From assembly GCA_026770705.1 (NCBI GenBank), contig JANJGN010000039.1, positions 8,804,001 through 8,868,000 of the forward strand: a stretch of DNA of 64,000 nucleotides, in the 5' to 3' direction. Origin of the DNA: Isurus oxyrinchus (Eukaryota). A model generated the notes under the pieces. That model saw only the letters and a program-made list of their open reading frames with translations, was not told where the DNA came from and ran no database searches. The position numbers and the translations under genes were made by a program. Each line of letters begins with the position of its first letter. Within the stretch, counting starts at the first letter, position 1. Shown one piece after another: positions 1 through 14,196 of the stretch.

Positions 1-900
1 ATAAATCATTCCACTTCATGTAATGCAATATTTAATTTCATTTGGTAACAACGCTTGAGTTTTCTTTCCCTGTGTGTACTTGAGCTTTCGTGAATTCGTG
101 TCTGATGTAGACACTGCATTGTTTCCTTAAATACTCGCTATTGCCTGTCCACTGAGAAACATTTTCCTATCTTTTGCAAACAATCATAGCCAACTTGGCT
201 CTCTGACATTCATAATTTCCTTTCTTCAGATTTAAGAACCGAGTTTTGGAATTCAGCATATCGCTGTCATACATATTGCGAAACTATATCACATTGTCAT
301 TACTATTTCCCAAAGGCTCCTTGAAAGCATGGAAATCCATTGAGTCCTTTGCTTGGCATAGCACTAAATCCTGACTAGCTGGATCATTAGTTGGCTCTTG
401 AACGTACTGGTTCTGAAACCAATCTCGTATATATTCAATTAATTCCTCTTCCAGGCTATTAGTGCTGATTTGGTTAAGCACAGTCTTTTTGCAAATCGAA
501 GTTTCCTATTTTCCTGCTTTAAGCATGTTACATTCAGCTCCAAAGTCATGATTTATACTGTGCAACAAATTAGCACCGTTGTATGGTGGCCTATAAACAA
601 CTCCCACCAATATCAGATCCCCCTGTCATTCCCAGCTCTTCACATCATCATTTGTTGAAAGATCCGCTATTACCATTAATATCTTCCGTTATTAAGAGTG
701 CTACCCAGCCTGCTTTTCATTTTCGCCAAACCCTTCGAAATGCTAAAGCCACATGAAGCTGCATTTCGAATGATTGAATATTGTGGGTCACGCTGCTTGT
801 GACGAATATGCTGTCGTGCCATTCAACCATTGCAAAGCGAAATTCGAAAGCTTCGACTTCATCATTGATCGAGGACTAAGGCTCAATTTTAACAGTTGGG
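1..900 (-). mobile_element. Degenerate CR1-type LINE ORF2 endonuclease region
   Basis: ORF 284..481 reads NQYVQEPT...DLVLC...KEPLGNSNDNVI, resembling the CR1 APE motif (QYVxEPTR..LDLVLCNE...EPLGxSDHNMI). Upstream frames give GWVALLI and LVGVVYRPP. Many stops. Confidence 0.75.
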
Positions 901-1849
901 TTGTCACATTCTTCAGTAACTGTAATCAATGCCTTCCTGATATCAGCTGTTTGGTAACAGATTGCATTTCCATTCTAGACTAGAGATTCCACCAACAGTC
1001 TGACAACGACTTGAACGTTATACAGGAAGCATCCGCTCTCAATATATGCCATCTGTTATTTCAAACCGAAATAATTCTGTAAATTTGCAGCACAACTCCA
1101 AAACAGTATCACTGTTTTAGAACTGCACTTTACCATATCCAGTACCAGATATAAGTTGTGGCAGCCTCGTGGAGTTCAAAACCCTCGACGGTTGGGATGA
1201 AGGGGGCACGATTGTACGTCTTGTTTTTTATCCTTAATGTTTACCCGACTGTTGTTCCCCTGCCTCTTACAGTCAGTGATCCAAAGGCCAAGCCCATCTG
1301 GCGCATCATGGAGAGAATCAGACAGGCCTTGCCAAGTTTTGTCTTGCATCAGCACAAAATGAGTTAAATCCTCCCTTCGATTCATATCTTCAGAAGTCAG
1401 ATCAAGCTAACAAAGCTCAAGGAATATCTGATCTTCCTTACTCAGTAGAGCGGTACAGACAAGAATAAGCGCAAGGTTTATTGACGCCTTCACCTTTACA
1501 ATAACTTTTATTTTCTTCACCTTCGAAGTCATCGTCCAAAATAGTTCATTTTGAATACAAAGTCCAAGAATATGGTCAGGAGTGTATTAGTTTTTGATGC
1601 ATGGGACATATCCATGAAACGTAGGGTCGTATTTAGCTCAAATGTCAATTAATCCCAGAAAGGAGACATTTTTGTGCGCATATAGTCTTGCATATGTTCA
1701 AATAAATTCTGAGTTATGATCAACTGGAGCTGAACGGCTGCTATAATGCCTGTCAACGTTGATTGTCATTTTCTTCACCTTGTTTATTTATCAATTTGCT
1801 TTCTCATCCAGTGCCTTCATTTCTGGAAACATTCACTTTGTTTCAATCC

Positions 1850-2780
1850 ATTGTGTTGCGTTTTGAATATGCTCCTTAGACAGCTCGATAAAATTGCAAT
1901 CTGTCATTGAGATATTTCCGGGCACTGCAGCATTCCTTTCATAATTTCCGTGTGGTTTCTGAGCCGTACAATTTGCAGCACAATGAAAAAGACACATCAA
2001 CGCTTTTTTTGAGTTCACTAGGCAATTTGTTTCTCCGTTTGGCAGTTCCACAAGCTTAAATCCACAGAAAAGTTTCAATCTAATCATTGTTTGGAAAGAC
2101 ACCGGCACTGCCCAATATTTTCACAGTTCCACTCCTCACTGGAATGTCTATCGTCTTCTTGGTGAATAATTCTGGCCAATTCGCTGAAACATATATTACT
2201 TCTTCAGTGGAAAGCGCGCCGGAAGAATTCTCTATTTCATCAGACTATGCACGGTTTGCACTAATGCGCACTTCCTGAGCCTTGGTTGTACACTCGCTGG
2301 AGTGCATTAATTCAATATTTTGCAGATTTGTCGAAAGACTTCTAAAATGTTTCTAGATTTCTGGAGAACATTTGAGGGTCTTATCATTCTCTGGTTCTTT
2401 TTCTGTCTTTGCTTCGCACCCAAGCAATATTTCCCCAATGCTCTCTCTCTCTCTGATCGTGCTACCCATTAAATCATAAATACGAATAGAGCCGCTCACT
2501 TGTGTCACTTAAACAGACGCCTTCAAACTTACCCAGATAGGAAAAGTCTCCTGCATTCACAGGTCACCCAGCGCAGTGCATATCCCACCCTCAAAGTGCG
2601 GTGCCAAGCCCGGTCGCCACAATTTTCCATACCCGAGGCACGGCTCTGTCTGTCATACTCTAACATCGAAGCACACGCACCTTGGTCCCTCCATTGTATC
2701 ACATTATTTGGGACAGTGACATTCCGTCTCAACTTCCCCTCACTACGCCTTCTGCCAAATGGTATTATTTTACAATGCAA
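1850..2780 (-). mobile_element. Highly decayed L1/Tx1-like RT remnant
   Basis: Manual translation gives fragments such as KLWRPGLAPHFEGGI and ANWPE..IPVRSGTVKILG, in the order expected for Tx1-clade RT motifs. Weak, by-eye similarity only. Confidence 0.35.
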
Positions 2781-2789
2781 TAAATTGCA

Positions 2790-3110
2790 TCTGCTATTTC
2801 TCTGCCTGTTCTGCTCTTCACTCCATGTCCTATTGCAACGGATTCATATCATTATCACTGGTAAACTTGCCCCCCCACCCCGCCTCCCACGCCATGTGTG
2901 CATCACGAACACATTTTGAAACGTTGTGCTGTTTTCCAAGATCCAACCGGTTTATATCGAGCAAAAATATAACAAACCCGGATTCGTGAGGAACACCACT
3001 GGCTTCCATCATCCAGAATGAAGCAAAACGTAAACAAACAGTTGCGGTTTTCTGTGCATTACCAAATTTGTTGTAATTGGAAAGCAACACCTCCCCCTCC
3101 AAGAACCCGC
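2790..3110 (-). mobile_element. CR1 RT fragment (duplicated at ~40440-40750)
   Basis: ORF 2830..3102 SGVPHESGFVIFLLDINRLDLG...VSKCVRDA resembles CR1 RT [22 protein letters not shown]...SKFADD. Confidence 0.7.
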
Positions 3111-3849
3111 GCCTCTTTCCTCTTTAATAAGCCTAAATGTTCTTAAGCAGCCTTATCTGTGATAAATTGCCAATTAATATCTCACAAAAGACTTCGCCAT
3201 TTATTCTCCCCATTAACCTCCTCTGCTATGATATCAAAACGGAACTAGCTTGTTCGAGCATGTTCTTATTTTAAGGCATTTTGATACAAACCAGTGATCA
3301 TGCATAATTAAACACAACATTCTCTAATTGCCGGGTAGACTCTTGGCAGTGAGCACAGGTTCATTTAGTCTTTTTAGCGCTGCAGCTGAACAGTGAGAGC
3401 AGAGATTTAGAGAGAGCGGCTAGTAGAGCACGAACAGATGATAATTTAATAAAGAGGGTGAGTTGAGGCGCCAGGGAAGAAATGGAAAAAATAGCGGGAT
3501 CTGAGCTGCCAGAGGAGACATTTAAAAAGAGCAAGAATTAGATAGTCAAAGCACAGATTAGAAATGGGCTTCTCCTCCATAACAATGTTAAAATAGTGTG
3601 AGCTAGATAATCAAAGCACAGATTGAAAAGTAAAAGGCGCTCTTACCCCAGAGCAGATATTTATACAAGTGTGGAAGCTAATTGCTAGAGCATAGTATTG
3701 TAAGAAGGACGAAGTATTGGGACGATAGTGCTTTGACTATAGTAGAACAGAGCTGTCAGCGTGGAGAAATGGTTAGCCTAGTAGTTGTGCAGCTAGAGAG
3801 GACAACGATAATTTATTGTTATTCATTAAGGGTGTTTTGGCGTCAATCG

Positions 3850-4770
3850 TTCGCGCAGCATTTATTGCCCTGATGTAGGTACGCTTGAGAAGGTGGTGGT
3901 GAGCTTCCTTCTTGAAACGCAGCAGTCCCTCTGCTAACCCTACACCCATAGTGCTGTTAGGGCGGGAGTTCCTGGAATTCGAAGCAACGGCAAGGAAGGA
4001 ACAGGGATATATTTTCAAATCAGGCTGGTGAGTAGCTTTGAGGATAACTTCCAGTTCGTTGTGTACCCGTGCACCTGCTGCCCATTATCCTTCTAGATGA
4101 TTCCGGTCGTGGGTTTGGACTCTACTGTCCACGGTGACTTCGAAAATTCCTTCATTGCACCTTGCAAATAGTACAAACTGCTGCTGTTGGTCGTTAGTGG
4201 TCGAAGGAGTCAACGTTTAACGGCTGATTTGTCCCAATGCTATCAGGCTTCCTGACTGCTATTGGACCTGCCCGCATCCAAGCAAGTGCAGAGTATACCA
4301 TCACAATCCTATCTTTTGCCTTGTAGATGTTGGAAAGGAATTGGGGTGTCAGGAGGTGTGTTACTCGCCGCAGGATTCCTTGCATCTGAACCGCATTTGT
4401 AGACGTTGTGTTTATATGGCCAATCCAGTTCTGTTTCTGGTCAATGATAACCGTAGCAATGCTGATAGTGTGACTTTCAGCGATGGTAATGCCATTGAAT
4501 GTTAACGGGCGATGGTTTGATTTTCTCTTTTGGAGTTAATCATTCCGGATACTTGCATGGTATGAATGTCCTTTGCCACTTGTCAGCCAAAACCTGAACA
4601 TGCTGCATTTGGCGATGGACAACCTCATTATGTCAGGAGTCACGAATTATGTTGACCATTGCGCAATCATCAGCGATCATCCCCATTTCCGACCATAAGA
4701 TGGAGTGAAGGGCAGTGATAATGGCGCTAAACATCGTTGAGACTCGGACACTTCCCTGAGGAACTCAGGT
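3850..4770 (-). mobile_element. 5'-truncated CR1/L2-group LINE 3' end (duplicated at ~41480-42410)
   Basis: The tail TTGCCC..CTTGAGAAGGTGGTGGTGAGC..CCTTCTTGAA recurs in the window (23390, 34290, 63535) and is followed by decayed RT-like sequence. Confidence 0.7.
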
Positions 4771-6348
4771 TCCCTCAGGAGCTCAAAGGACTGTGAGCTG
4801 ATCAGCCGGGTGAATATTTATAAAGTGCACGTGCCGAAAGGCCAGAGCAAACATTTAGAAAAGAGTGGTAGCTGAGCAAGCGGCGTGGGCATTTAGTAAT
4901 TCAGGCCCTAAGCATCCAGGGCAAAGATATCAGAAACACTGCAGCTGCTCGAAAAGACGGAGCACGTATGCATTGCTGTACGAGCAATTAAAGATTGGCA
5001 ATAGTTGTTTTTTCTTGCCAGTTATGCCCCTCATTGCATGACCGTATCCGTCTTGTCTTTAATGTTAATTTATTCAAGAGAAGCAGTTGTAGTTTGCTAT
5101 TTAATGCCACTTTAATTGGCGGTTGTTCCGGCCATTCATTTTACCTGGTGAGTAGGGTGGTTAATTAGGAATCGTCAAGGCGATTTTAAATTAATATCTG
5201 AGAAAAGCGAATGACCCACATAACAGGGAGAAGCCGGAGGAGTGCCTGCCGTCTGCAACTTCCTTCAAAGAGACAATAAGGAAAGGAGGGGCCAAATGAT
5301 CTGCTTCTGTGCTGTAGCCCATGACTGCATGCTAAAAAAGCATTGAAGTTAAGTAAATGATACGAATATGCGACGAGAAGAATTACATTTCGTTTTTTTC
5401 CACATTCAGTTTGCGTAGGTATAGATAGCAGGAAGTTGATGGTAGGGCAATGTGTGATCAGACTTTATTTGGATGGGAAAACGTGCAAATACCTGATTGA
5501 TGTGTCACTCGTTATATTGATGAGTGGATATCAAGTTAAACATTAAAACATTCGAGAATTATGATAACAGCCATTTGGTGGCTGTGTGTGTGAAAGGACC
5601 GGATAACATGAAACAGAGAGGGTTGTGAATGCACTTGTCGGGATGAAGCGGCCCCCGTAATCGTGGAAAGAACAAGTGTGAGCAATTTGCGCTTTCAACT
5701 GAATCGGAGGGAAATCGGATTTAAAAGTTTTGAATCCTAGATATGGAGCCGTCTCTCAGCCCTATGGATCAGGAGAATGACTGATCAATTGTGCCAATGC
5801 CCGTCGTTCCATAAAACACGTGATAACCAGGCCTTCCTTGTTTTAATCATGTCAGGTAAATGGAAATCTGAGAAGCAGCTCATTGTGCAACTGTCTGATA
5901 TTTGGAGGGTGCCAGACTTCATGAAGCATGTTCTGAAAATTCCCTCTATGTACTATTTGGCCAAGAACGTAGGTTGTACGTAATTTGTGGCGTTTCTCTA
6001 TGTTACATTTGTCGAGTTATCCTGATCCAGCTGGTGATGTTTTGTGTGTTGTACTGTTGATCAGAACAACTGTTCCAATGAACACAAGGCTGTCAGAACA
6101 TGGCATCACAATTCATTCTGTCAAACTCTGCAACGCTAAAAGGGGCTGTTCAGTATTTTTTTTATTATTAACACAATTGCAATTCACCATTGATTACAGT
6201 ATACTGTGAAAAGGAGTTCGATTTGACATTATATTATAAACGGAAATTCTTAACAGCATATTAATTTCTTAGGATATTAAACGTTGTTACAAGCGCTATT
6301 CTAACATGAGTTGTTTCAGGGTACAATGTTTATGTCCTCCTGTAAAGG

Positions 6349-7253
6349 TCAATGGGTTTTCAGCTGTGATTTGCATAATTTTACGCACAGTTTCACAAGA
6401 TACTTCATTCCGCTCCTCAGCTCCTCCCTAAACCTAGCCTGTGTCAGCACATAAATGAATGTATTTGTGCAGCAACTTAAGTCCCCTAGCATGAATCCAA
6501 CTGACTCAAGGTGATTTGCGCCAGAATTCGATGTAATTGTTACATGCAGAGAGATAAGATATATAACCGGAGTTGTCCAGAGCAATATAAAGCAGCCGGT
6601 TATACTGAAGAGTAAAATAATGGACTTTCTTCGGCTTTCTATTTCAGAGTCCGTGTGATCTTCTCCATTGCTGCAACTGCGGAGACCCCTGCGAATGTTA
6701 CTGGCTGCCAAAATATGTCTAGCCGTCAAAACATTTAGCAACAAGATTAGAATGAATGGAACACATGGTTTCAAGGTAAGGGTAAAAAAGGCAAATGCGG
6801 CCCATTCATCAGAAATGAAAAATGTCTGTTTTAGGACACAACCACGATTTACATTGTCCATTATTTCTGCAGGTTCAAGCGCAAAGTACCAGGGAATATT
6901 TATAAAAAAACTCAACATGCTCACCACTGATATGACAGCTACTGCTGTTGTCTCCGTGGAATATTTTTTTCGTAGCTTCTTACAACATATAACCACAAAA
7001 CGATCGAAGGTGAACATCACTGTTAACCAGAGAGACGCTGATGTGACTACATTGATCAGTGTCACATTTAGCTGGCACAGCGTGCTCATGGTCAAGAATG
7101 AAACAGCGAAATAAATATCCAGTGTATTCTTCAGTATGACTTCAGCACAAACAACCAGGAGATCTGCCATGGCCATGGCGATCATATAGTGGGTAATACA
7201 TTTGGAGAGGCCACACTTTCTTCGGGAAAGAATCACAATCGCAACCACATTAA
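6349..7253 (-). CDS. GPR139/GPR142-like class A GPCR, coding exon 2 (TM1 end to stop)
   Basis: Open frame with seven-TM pattern: NVVAIVILSR..CGLSKC, MAMADLLV, FTFDRFVVICC, NIPWYF, PCVPF, RRKSIILL, LSCCTNTFIY. Acceptor CTCTTCTCTTACAG at 7254+ follows a pyrimidine tract, phase 1. TGA at 6349-6351. Confidence 0.92.
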
Positions 7254-10200
7254 CTGTAAGAGAAGGACAGAGAAAGCAGGAGATTGATGACACAGAAGAA
7301 CTTTATTAATTTTCTTCCTGTTGTAGCAAAGGATTGTGCATTTGACCCAAATATGCCACAGTTAGCTTTCCAAGGTGAACATGTTCTAAATGTAAACTGG
7401 ACCTACTGAAAGTGCTTAGGGAAGAGAAACATTAGATGATAATTCGTCTTTTGGAATGAAAATCATCAATGTAGACTGGACAACTATTGTACAGTAAAGA
7501 TTGAGATTGCTGAGGGCGAATTTGACCCGAACAATTTGACTGCACACAAACGGCTTGGCATGGTGAATATTAAAAGGAAAATGGGTGGTGTAAAAATTCA
7601 ATTCATGTGTGTTGGTGCAAAGTGAAATGTGAAAGGAATGCACAACATAGAATCTGGGCCAAGTAAAATTATACTCCAGAAGAGGTAGACATGCATTTCG
7701 TGCTGGGCAGTCTATAGATGCGATAGGCACTGGGAAGGATTACTGTACTACAGGACTTACAGTTTGAAGATTAAATATTGCCCAGGGACACGAACATACC
7801 GTGAATGCAAGTGAAAGCAAAGATGGAAAGGTAAAAAAAAGCAGGAACATATAAGGCCACTGAGCTACATAAAAGACCAGCATAGATGAGGCCAAATGCA
7901 AGTTTTCACAAGCGTCATCACAGTGGCAGTACAATTTGAATCAATACAAGGTGACATTCTTAAGCAGGTTCCCAGTGAGAAGTTTTATTTGAGGATGAGA
8001 GCTGATTAGTCCAGTGTCTTAAGTCAGGCTGAGTAACGTGAGATTGATATGCTGGCTGGGCATTGTGCAGGATTATTTCAGATGAACACATTGCTAATGC
8101 ATTGCAGAAAATGTGAAGCAACATTGCTATGCAGAATGGGTACAGTCAGTGCTGATCAAGAGGGCAGTATAATGGCAGACTGGGACCGGTGACATGCTAT
8201 CAGATTGAGTGAGCAATAGTTATTGGCCATAGGGGCACATTTCTTGCAAAGCATAGTGAATGAGCAATTCGAAGATGTGCTTCTCGTGAGGACATAACTA
8301 GCATTTTGCTTCCGAGTAGGCCGGACAGAGTTCCCATTAATTGAACGGCTGCAGAACAAATCACTTTGTTGTGGAAAGGGCAGAAGGGAATCGTTTGTCT
8401 TTCAAGGACAGCATCAGTGATTTGAAAGGTGAAGCTGAAAATTTAATTTTGCTTGGCACCAAGTACAGAAGATCGTGGTAAAGATTGACTGTGATGGGCA
8501 CATCGATTTCAGTCTGTAGACTAATATGTGTTCAGAAAGGTGAAATTACAAGTTGTCGATTACCTGACGATAAAGACCTAGCACCTAACACATCCATGTT
8601 TAAATTAATATCCTCTAAAGCTTACTTCATTTCAGATTGGCCAGGCTCATAAAGTCCATGAATTTTAGCATTTGTTCATAAAATGCATGTTTCTTTTTTT
8701 TTTCCAAAATGCAGGAACCTTTTCAGAGAATTAGCGAAGTGATTCACTGCTGAATCACTATACAGAAGATTAACTTCAGACATTTATACTGATTACTGAT
8801 GAAAATAAGTGATCTATATAAGTCAAATGAAATTGACCTGAGACTCAGATAATCACGGTTGCATTATGATTCTGTTGTCTACTTAGTAAAGGTCCAGTTG
8901 AATTTTTAAGAACGGATTTGCTAAGTGAATCTCACTGAACGAATTTGTAGCTGCCAGATATGTAATAACTTGATGCACACGTTTATTAAATTACTTTTCT
9001 GCATTTCAAAGCACTTTAAATACCTCCAGCCTGAATTATTATCGAATGTAGGTAATCAGCACATTGCCGAAATTTTGTTTGTACTTCTGGTGGCGATGAT
9101 AGAGGATAAGATTCATGGCTCTGGAAAGGGTGCAGAATAGGTTTCCGACTGAAGACTCCGGTGAGATTCGGGAGACACAGATTAGGAAAGAAGATAATGC
9201 ACATTCTCAAAATAATGGGATGAATAGATATAGAGTTATTTCAAGTACCAGCTGTTCTCAAGGCTATGCAATATGGTTGCAGACTGAACGTAGACTTTTC
9301 GCAAAATTGAACTTAGGGAAACAAAAATGCATTGATGTCTATAAACAGGGTGGTGAAGTAACAGTTTGGATCATATTATTTCAGTAAGTTGTTCGTTAAT
9401 AATTCAGATGAACTCTAAATGAAGTAAGGCGAATTAGCCGGATAAAGATAAACAGTTTTTAACATTTCTGAATCAGATTGCAAGTTGGCAAGCTTTGACC
9501 ACAAAAAAAAAATCTATTCGTGTTACATACACAACCCAGTTTGGTAGCCTCCTGTTGACAATTCTCTAACTCGAATGCAAGCAGCAAACATTGATTGTCT
9601 TAATGGAGCTGTCAATGATAATCACAAACAGCCTTGGAAACGCCAGGTAATGGATAAAAAATAAAGTTTGAGTTTCTGTTGACCATGTAGGATTCACTGG
9701 AAAAGGTGGAAACATTATTAATCAAAGCTAGTTTGACACAATTGCAGCTGAAAATAAATAACAAAATAAAACAACTTAAAATAAATAACAAAAATGAAAA
9801 TTGAACTTCATTTACCCGATAACATTTACCCGAAATAATTAACTATGTGCTATTGTGAGTGATGATAAGATGGTTAGCCAAAATATCCTCATTTGAAACT
9901 GTACTGGTCAGCACTGTAAATAAGGAAACAATGTAAACAGTGCAGTAATTTAAACAATTATATATTGAAGCAACGAATGTTTGGACAAATTAATTTTCAA
10001 AACAATTATCCAATAAATTATCATTATATTCCAAGAATATTCCTCCGAATTAAACATTGAAATGCCCAAGGAATGAACTAACCATTATCTACCGAATGAA
10101 ATAGTCCCCAATCCAAAAGATTATCCACTACTTAGCTAGCAAATTAATTATACAGACATGAAATATATTATCAACATTATTCCCTGCTAAATAAACTAGA

Positions 10201-10704
10201 GATATGAACATGTATACATGCTATAGAATCATCCATTGCTCCCTGCAAATGCAGTCTGCTTCTGACCTGTTATTGACTTGCTGTTTGGGAAAGGAAAATG
10301 GAGCAGGTGCAGTGCACTTTGGTTTATGTGCCTCTTGGTTTGGTTACTGTAACCATCCGAGTCTGAAGAACTGCAGAGCGGTGAAGTTTCCTCCACGGTC
10401 CCAAATCCATATCACTTGAACAACAATGATCTATTCGCAATGTAAGTACAAAATAACAATTTCCTATGGCATCTTTTGCATGCAAAACAGAAACTTAAGG
10501 GCTAATTCTTTTCAGTGGATATCTGAATGTTGTGGAGAACGCAATACCGAGTGTGATTCACTGAACTGTGGTTTTGGTTCTGACGCATTGTTGAGGGTCG
10601 GTAGCAGCATTTACACTAGAGAAGTGACACACATCCTCCGGTGCAGGTTCAAAACGCTAATCCCGATTTTGGATCATAAAGAAACATTACATTAAGTAGA
10701 CAGC

Positions 10705-11486
10705 GGCCTGGATTTTACATTATTCGGCAGCGTGAAATTAGAGAAATGTAAAATTAGCACTTTTCCTACTCAGCCTCCCTTAGACCATCTCCCGCCCCAC
10801 AATTCATTAAATTCCCTCGGGGAGGAGGCAATGAGGGAGCCAAAATGGGGTCCGCGTCCAATCGGCAGTGAAAGCCTGAACATCGTGCGGCAGAATGTAA
10901 TGCAGTGAACAGAAAGTCGATATGGCTGCAAGCTCAAGACCACCTGGTCTCAGAAACTGTTCTTGCAAAACTATTTTTCGTTGGAAACTCAGGCAAGAAA
11001 CAAAACAGAGAAAAGTAGACATGAAGGCAGCACAATCCCACCTTCCCCAGCACAATCTGTTGCTACATTTAATCATCGTCCCGGAGGCAGAAGGTCTCTT
11101 CCGCGCGATTGTCGTCAGATGGTAGCTGCCGGAAACTTTTTTTTCTCTCGTCTGGGCCACGGTAAGTGCAAGTCACGAATGAATAAAAGATGCCATTGTG
11201 TCATTGACAAACTCAATAACTTGCTCATTAGCAACTTTTAAAAGGTGGGCCCTCCCGTTCTCCATCTGCAACTGGGAGATTCAGGTACGTGACGACATTA
11301 TACCCGATGCACGTCATTGATCTTCGTGCGTATTCGGCATTTTTGAGGTGGGTGGGTGATGGAGGTGAGAGTTCTGGGGGAGTCAGGCGGTGGGAGGGGG
11401 GGGGGGGGGTTGGGTGGGTGGGGGGTAGTGGGGGGGGGTGGGGGGGTGAGGGGGAGGGGTGCGAGTTTCGGTCGAAATTTCCAGCC
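10705..11486. mobile_element. Putative non-autonomous DNA transposon/MITE with G-rich tract (duplicated ~48877-49586)
   Basis: Imperfect terminal inverted repeats GGCCTGGATTTT ... AAATTTCCAGCC bound a GC-richer block within an AT-rich intron. Confidence 0.4.
11350..11460 (+). repeat. G-run tract, potential G-quadruplex
   Basis: More than ten runs of 3 or more G within ~110 bp. Confidence 0.8.
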
Positions 11487-12519
11487 AATCCTTTTGCTTA
11501 AATATTTAGATATTTAGAAGTGAATTCAAAACATACGTTCTCAGTTTGGGACCAGTGTTCTCCAAAATAATTTACATTTAAATATGCATTTTGTAGTTAA
11601 TCTTTGTTGAGCCGGAACAAAAGAATCTTCCGGGCCATCATTTCAATAGAAAAAGGACATCAACATTCATAGATTCTTCACCATGCAACATTTTATTTTC
11701 TTTGCTTATATTGTCAAGATTAGCACTTTTATTTCCTTTTGCACTAATTCTTCTTGACAGTAACGGTTTTAAAGTGTTGCAGTCCATGTGAAGTGGATAC
11801 AAACACAATGCTACGAGTGACGATTTCCAGGTTTTTGGTCCAGTGACAGTCAGGGAACGGTGATTTATCTCCAAATCAGAGTGGTGTGTGACTTGGAAAG
11901 GATTTTATAATTAAGTGTGTTCTCCTGCCTCTCCTGCTCTTGCCGTTCCAGGCTTTCGAGGTCAAATGCACAAACGAAGGAACTTTGCTAACATCTGTCA
12001 TATGTCTCAGCAGCAGCGATCATGCATAACAACACGGCTTATCCTGGTGAATTGTAAGACAGGAAAACAAACAGGTGCAAAAACCTAATTGAATTCGCTC
12101 TACCAACCTACACGCCACATAGACATGTGTCCATTCAATGATGGATATGATTGACCAGGGCACGGTCCTCGTGCAGACGAATTCCACCTTCACATTGGGG
12201 CTTCCCTCAATCGTTTTGTGTGAGACAACCATTGTGCTAAATGGGGTCGGTTTCACCTTGATCAAAAACTCAAAAGTGCACATTCACGACGCACTGTGGA
12301 CCATTGGCTGGAGCTGATTTGTGCACAACCATAAGTTGTAAACCCAAGCCCAATGTATCCCCGACTCTACAATTTTCATGTGAGCTCTTTATGCTGATGT
12401 TTGTGGTGCTGGTCAAGCATTCTACTTTGCTGCTTTGGTGTAGATTTCATTACGTATGTTGTAACTCTGCGACAAGGAATGTTCAACAGATTACCTCTTG
12501 GATTACTGGTATTTAGCTG

Positions 12520-12960
12520 GGATTGTCCTATGTGGAGACATTGACGACCCTCGTCCTCTGCTTTCTGGCGCCCTGGTAAATGAGAAATTATCTCACTGAA
12601 GCATTCACCGTTCTTATACGTTTCGGTGGTGTAGATCTTGCATGGATGTTTCCCCTGGTGGGTGTGTCTAAAACCAGGAAAAACAATATCAGAACAAGAG
12701 GACTGCATTTACAAATGAGATGAGGATAATTGCATCACTCAGGGAGCGATAAATGATCGAAATTATGTCCTGCACCCTCGGCAGATGGGCAGTCACTGAG
12801 TATATTGAAGGCGCCTATGAACTGATTTCTCAATATTCAATGCATCCGAAGATATGAGATATTGCATGGAATGTCGTGAAGGCATTATTTCAGCCGGGAT
12901 ATACTTGACTTGCGGCCAAGTGACCAACTTCTACTCGGATTTCCTATGCTTCTATGTCTT
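12520..12960 (+). mobile_element. CR1 3' end fragment (duplicated ~52585-53045)
   Basis: Decayed form of the CR1 ORF2 C-terminus (LFSLE.RR.RGDLIE..KI) and 3' UTR seen in better-preserved copies at 19725-20620 and 25665-26190. Confidence 0.65.
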
Positions 12961-14126
12961 TCTGCCAGTGCCACCATTTAGTGTGACAATATGATTTTCC
13001 CAAAGCCAAAGGGGAGTCCGACAATGCTTACTATAAATTCACTCCAATTCTGAATGTAAATTAGTTAGAAGAGGAAGCAGGTTTTACAACAACAGGAAGT
13101 GGAGGGCGAGGAATTGAAATGTGCACAATAAGGAGAACCAGATAACTACTCGAGAAGCACAGGTGTTCCGAAATCGGGCCACGTATGTTTCAGTTAGCAA
13201 TCTGCGTGCTGAGATAGATGTTTGACTACTTACGCCCGGCGTCAGTACTTGAGAACAGAATTCTCGGCTAATGCTCTATTGCCGTGGTGAAGTAATTCTG
13301 CACCATCGGACGTAATAACTTTCGGAACAGATGTCAAATCGATTGAAAGTGTAAACGTGCAAGAACGCTTGCGACTATTTCCTCGTACAACATTGTCGTA
13401 GCCACTTGTGTCCTGCTAAAGCCTACAAAAAATATCATCTGGTCATTGTCAACTTGCTGCTTGTGGAAGCTTCCGGACCAAAAATTGCCTGCCACCTTTT
13501 GCGTTACTTCAGTGACTACACTTCATGTAAATTCATTATTAGAATTATTCGATAGAATTCATTATTCGATATTGGAGAGTGTAGAAATGCATGCATTTCA
13601 ATAGACAAGTGACGAAGACATCGGAATGTCTTCAGCACACATAGTAATCTGTTTCACCCAGATTTCCAGATATCCTCTCTGTATACAGATTTGTAAAAGC
13701 ATCGCTGTGGTAAGATGTATGTGATTTGACAGGGATTCCGTTCCTTTAAATATTGGAAGATGGATGAAAATAATTAGCAACGGCTTCAAGTATTTCAAGC
13801 AGAATTTTGCAGAATGCGAATTTGCTTCTGCACAGATTTTTCACAGTTTGTGTTTTCTACAAATTCAAACTCGGTTTGCACTTGATAATGATAATTATTG
13901 CAGAGCCGACCCTGTTATATGACATTCTGTAAAGCAAGAATAAGTTGTCAGCAGTGGAGACCACGGAGAGTAAGAGAGAGCAACAGCAAGACCGTGTTAA
14001 CATTATGGTTAAACATACATCCCTGCTTTGACGACTTTCCAACTGTAAATAAATGATTCCATGTTATCGGAACCGGCGTTTGAGAACATCCATTTATTCG
14101 GGTAATGATTGTATTTAGGCTCTTAC

Positions 14127-14196
14127 CAGGAACACCAATAGCCGCGAGAATAGGATAGTAAATGGCTTCTATCTGCCGAAGTATCAGTTCTCCCAT
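14127..14196 (-). CDS. GPR139/GPR142-like GPCR, coding exon 1 (MGELILRQIEAIYYPILAAIGVP)
   Basis: ATG at 14196 (alternative in-frame ATG at 14202). 70 nt ending CCTG|GTAAGA, phase 1. Splicing to 7253 gives GVP-V-NVVAIV, completing TM1. Total 324 aa; intron 7254-14126. Confidence 0.88.

Noticed and set aside
6668-7114. 148-aa plus-strand ORF (and 44281..44667)
   Set aside because: Antisense shadow of the GPCR coding exon.
7254-7293. N-terminus MSSISCFLCPSLT of the 314-aa ORF as a single-exon gene
   Set aside because: It is the intronic pyrimidine tract. TM1 is completed only by splicing to 14127-14196, and the same structure recurs in unit B.
11228-11501. Pro-rich / Gly-rich ORFs
   Set aside because: Translations of the G-run tract.
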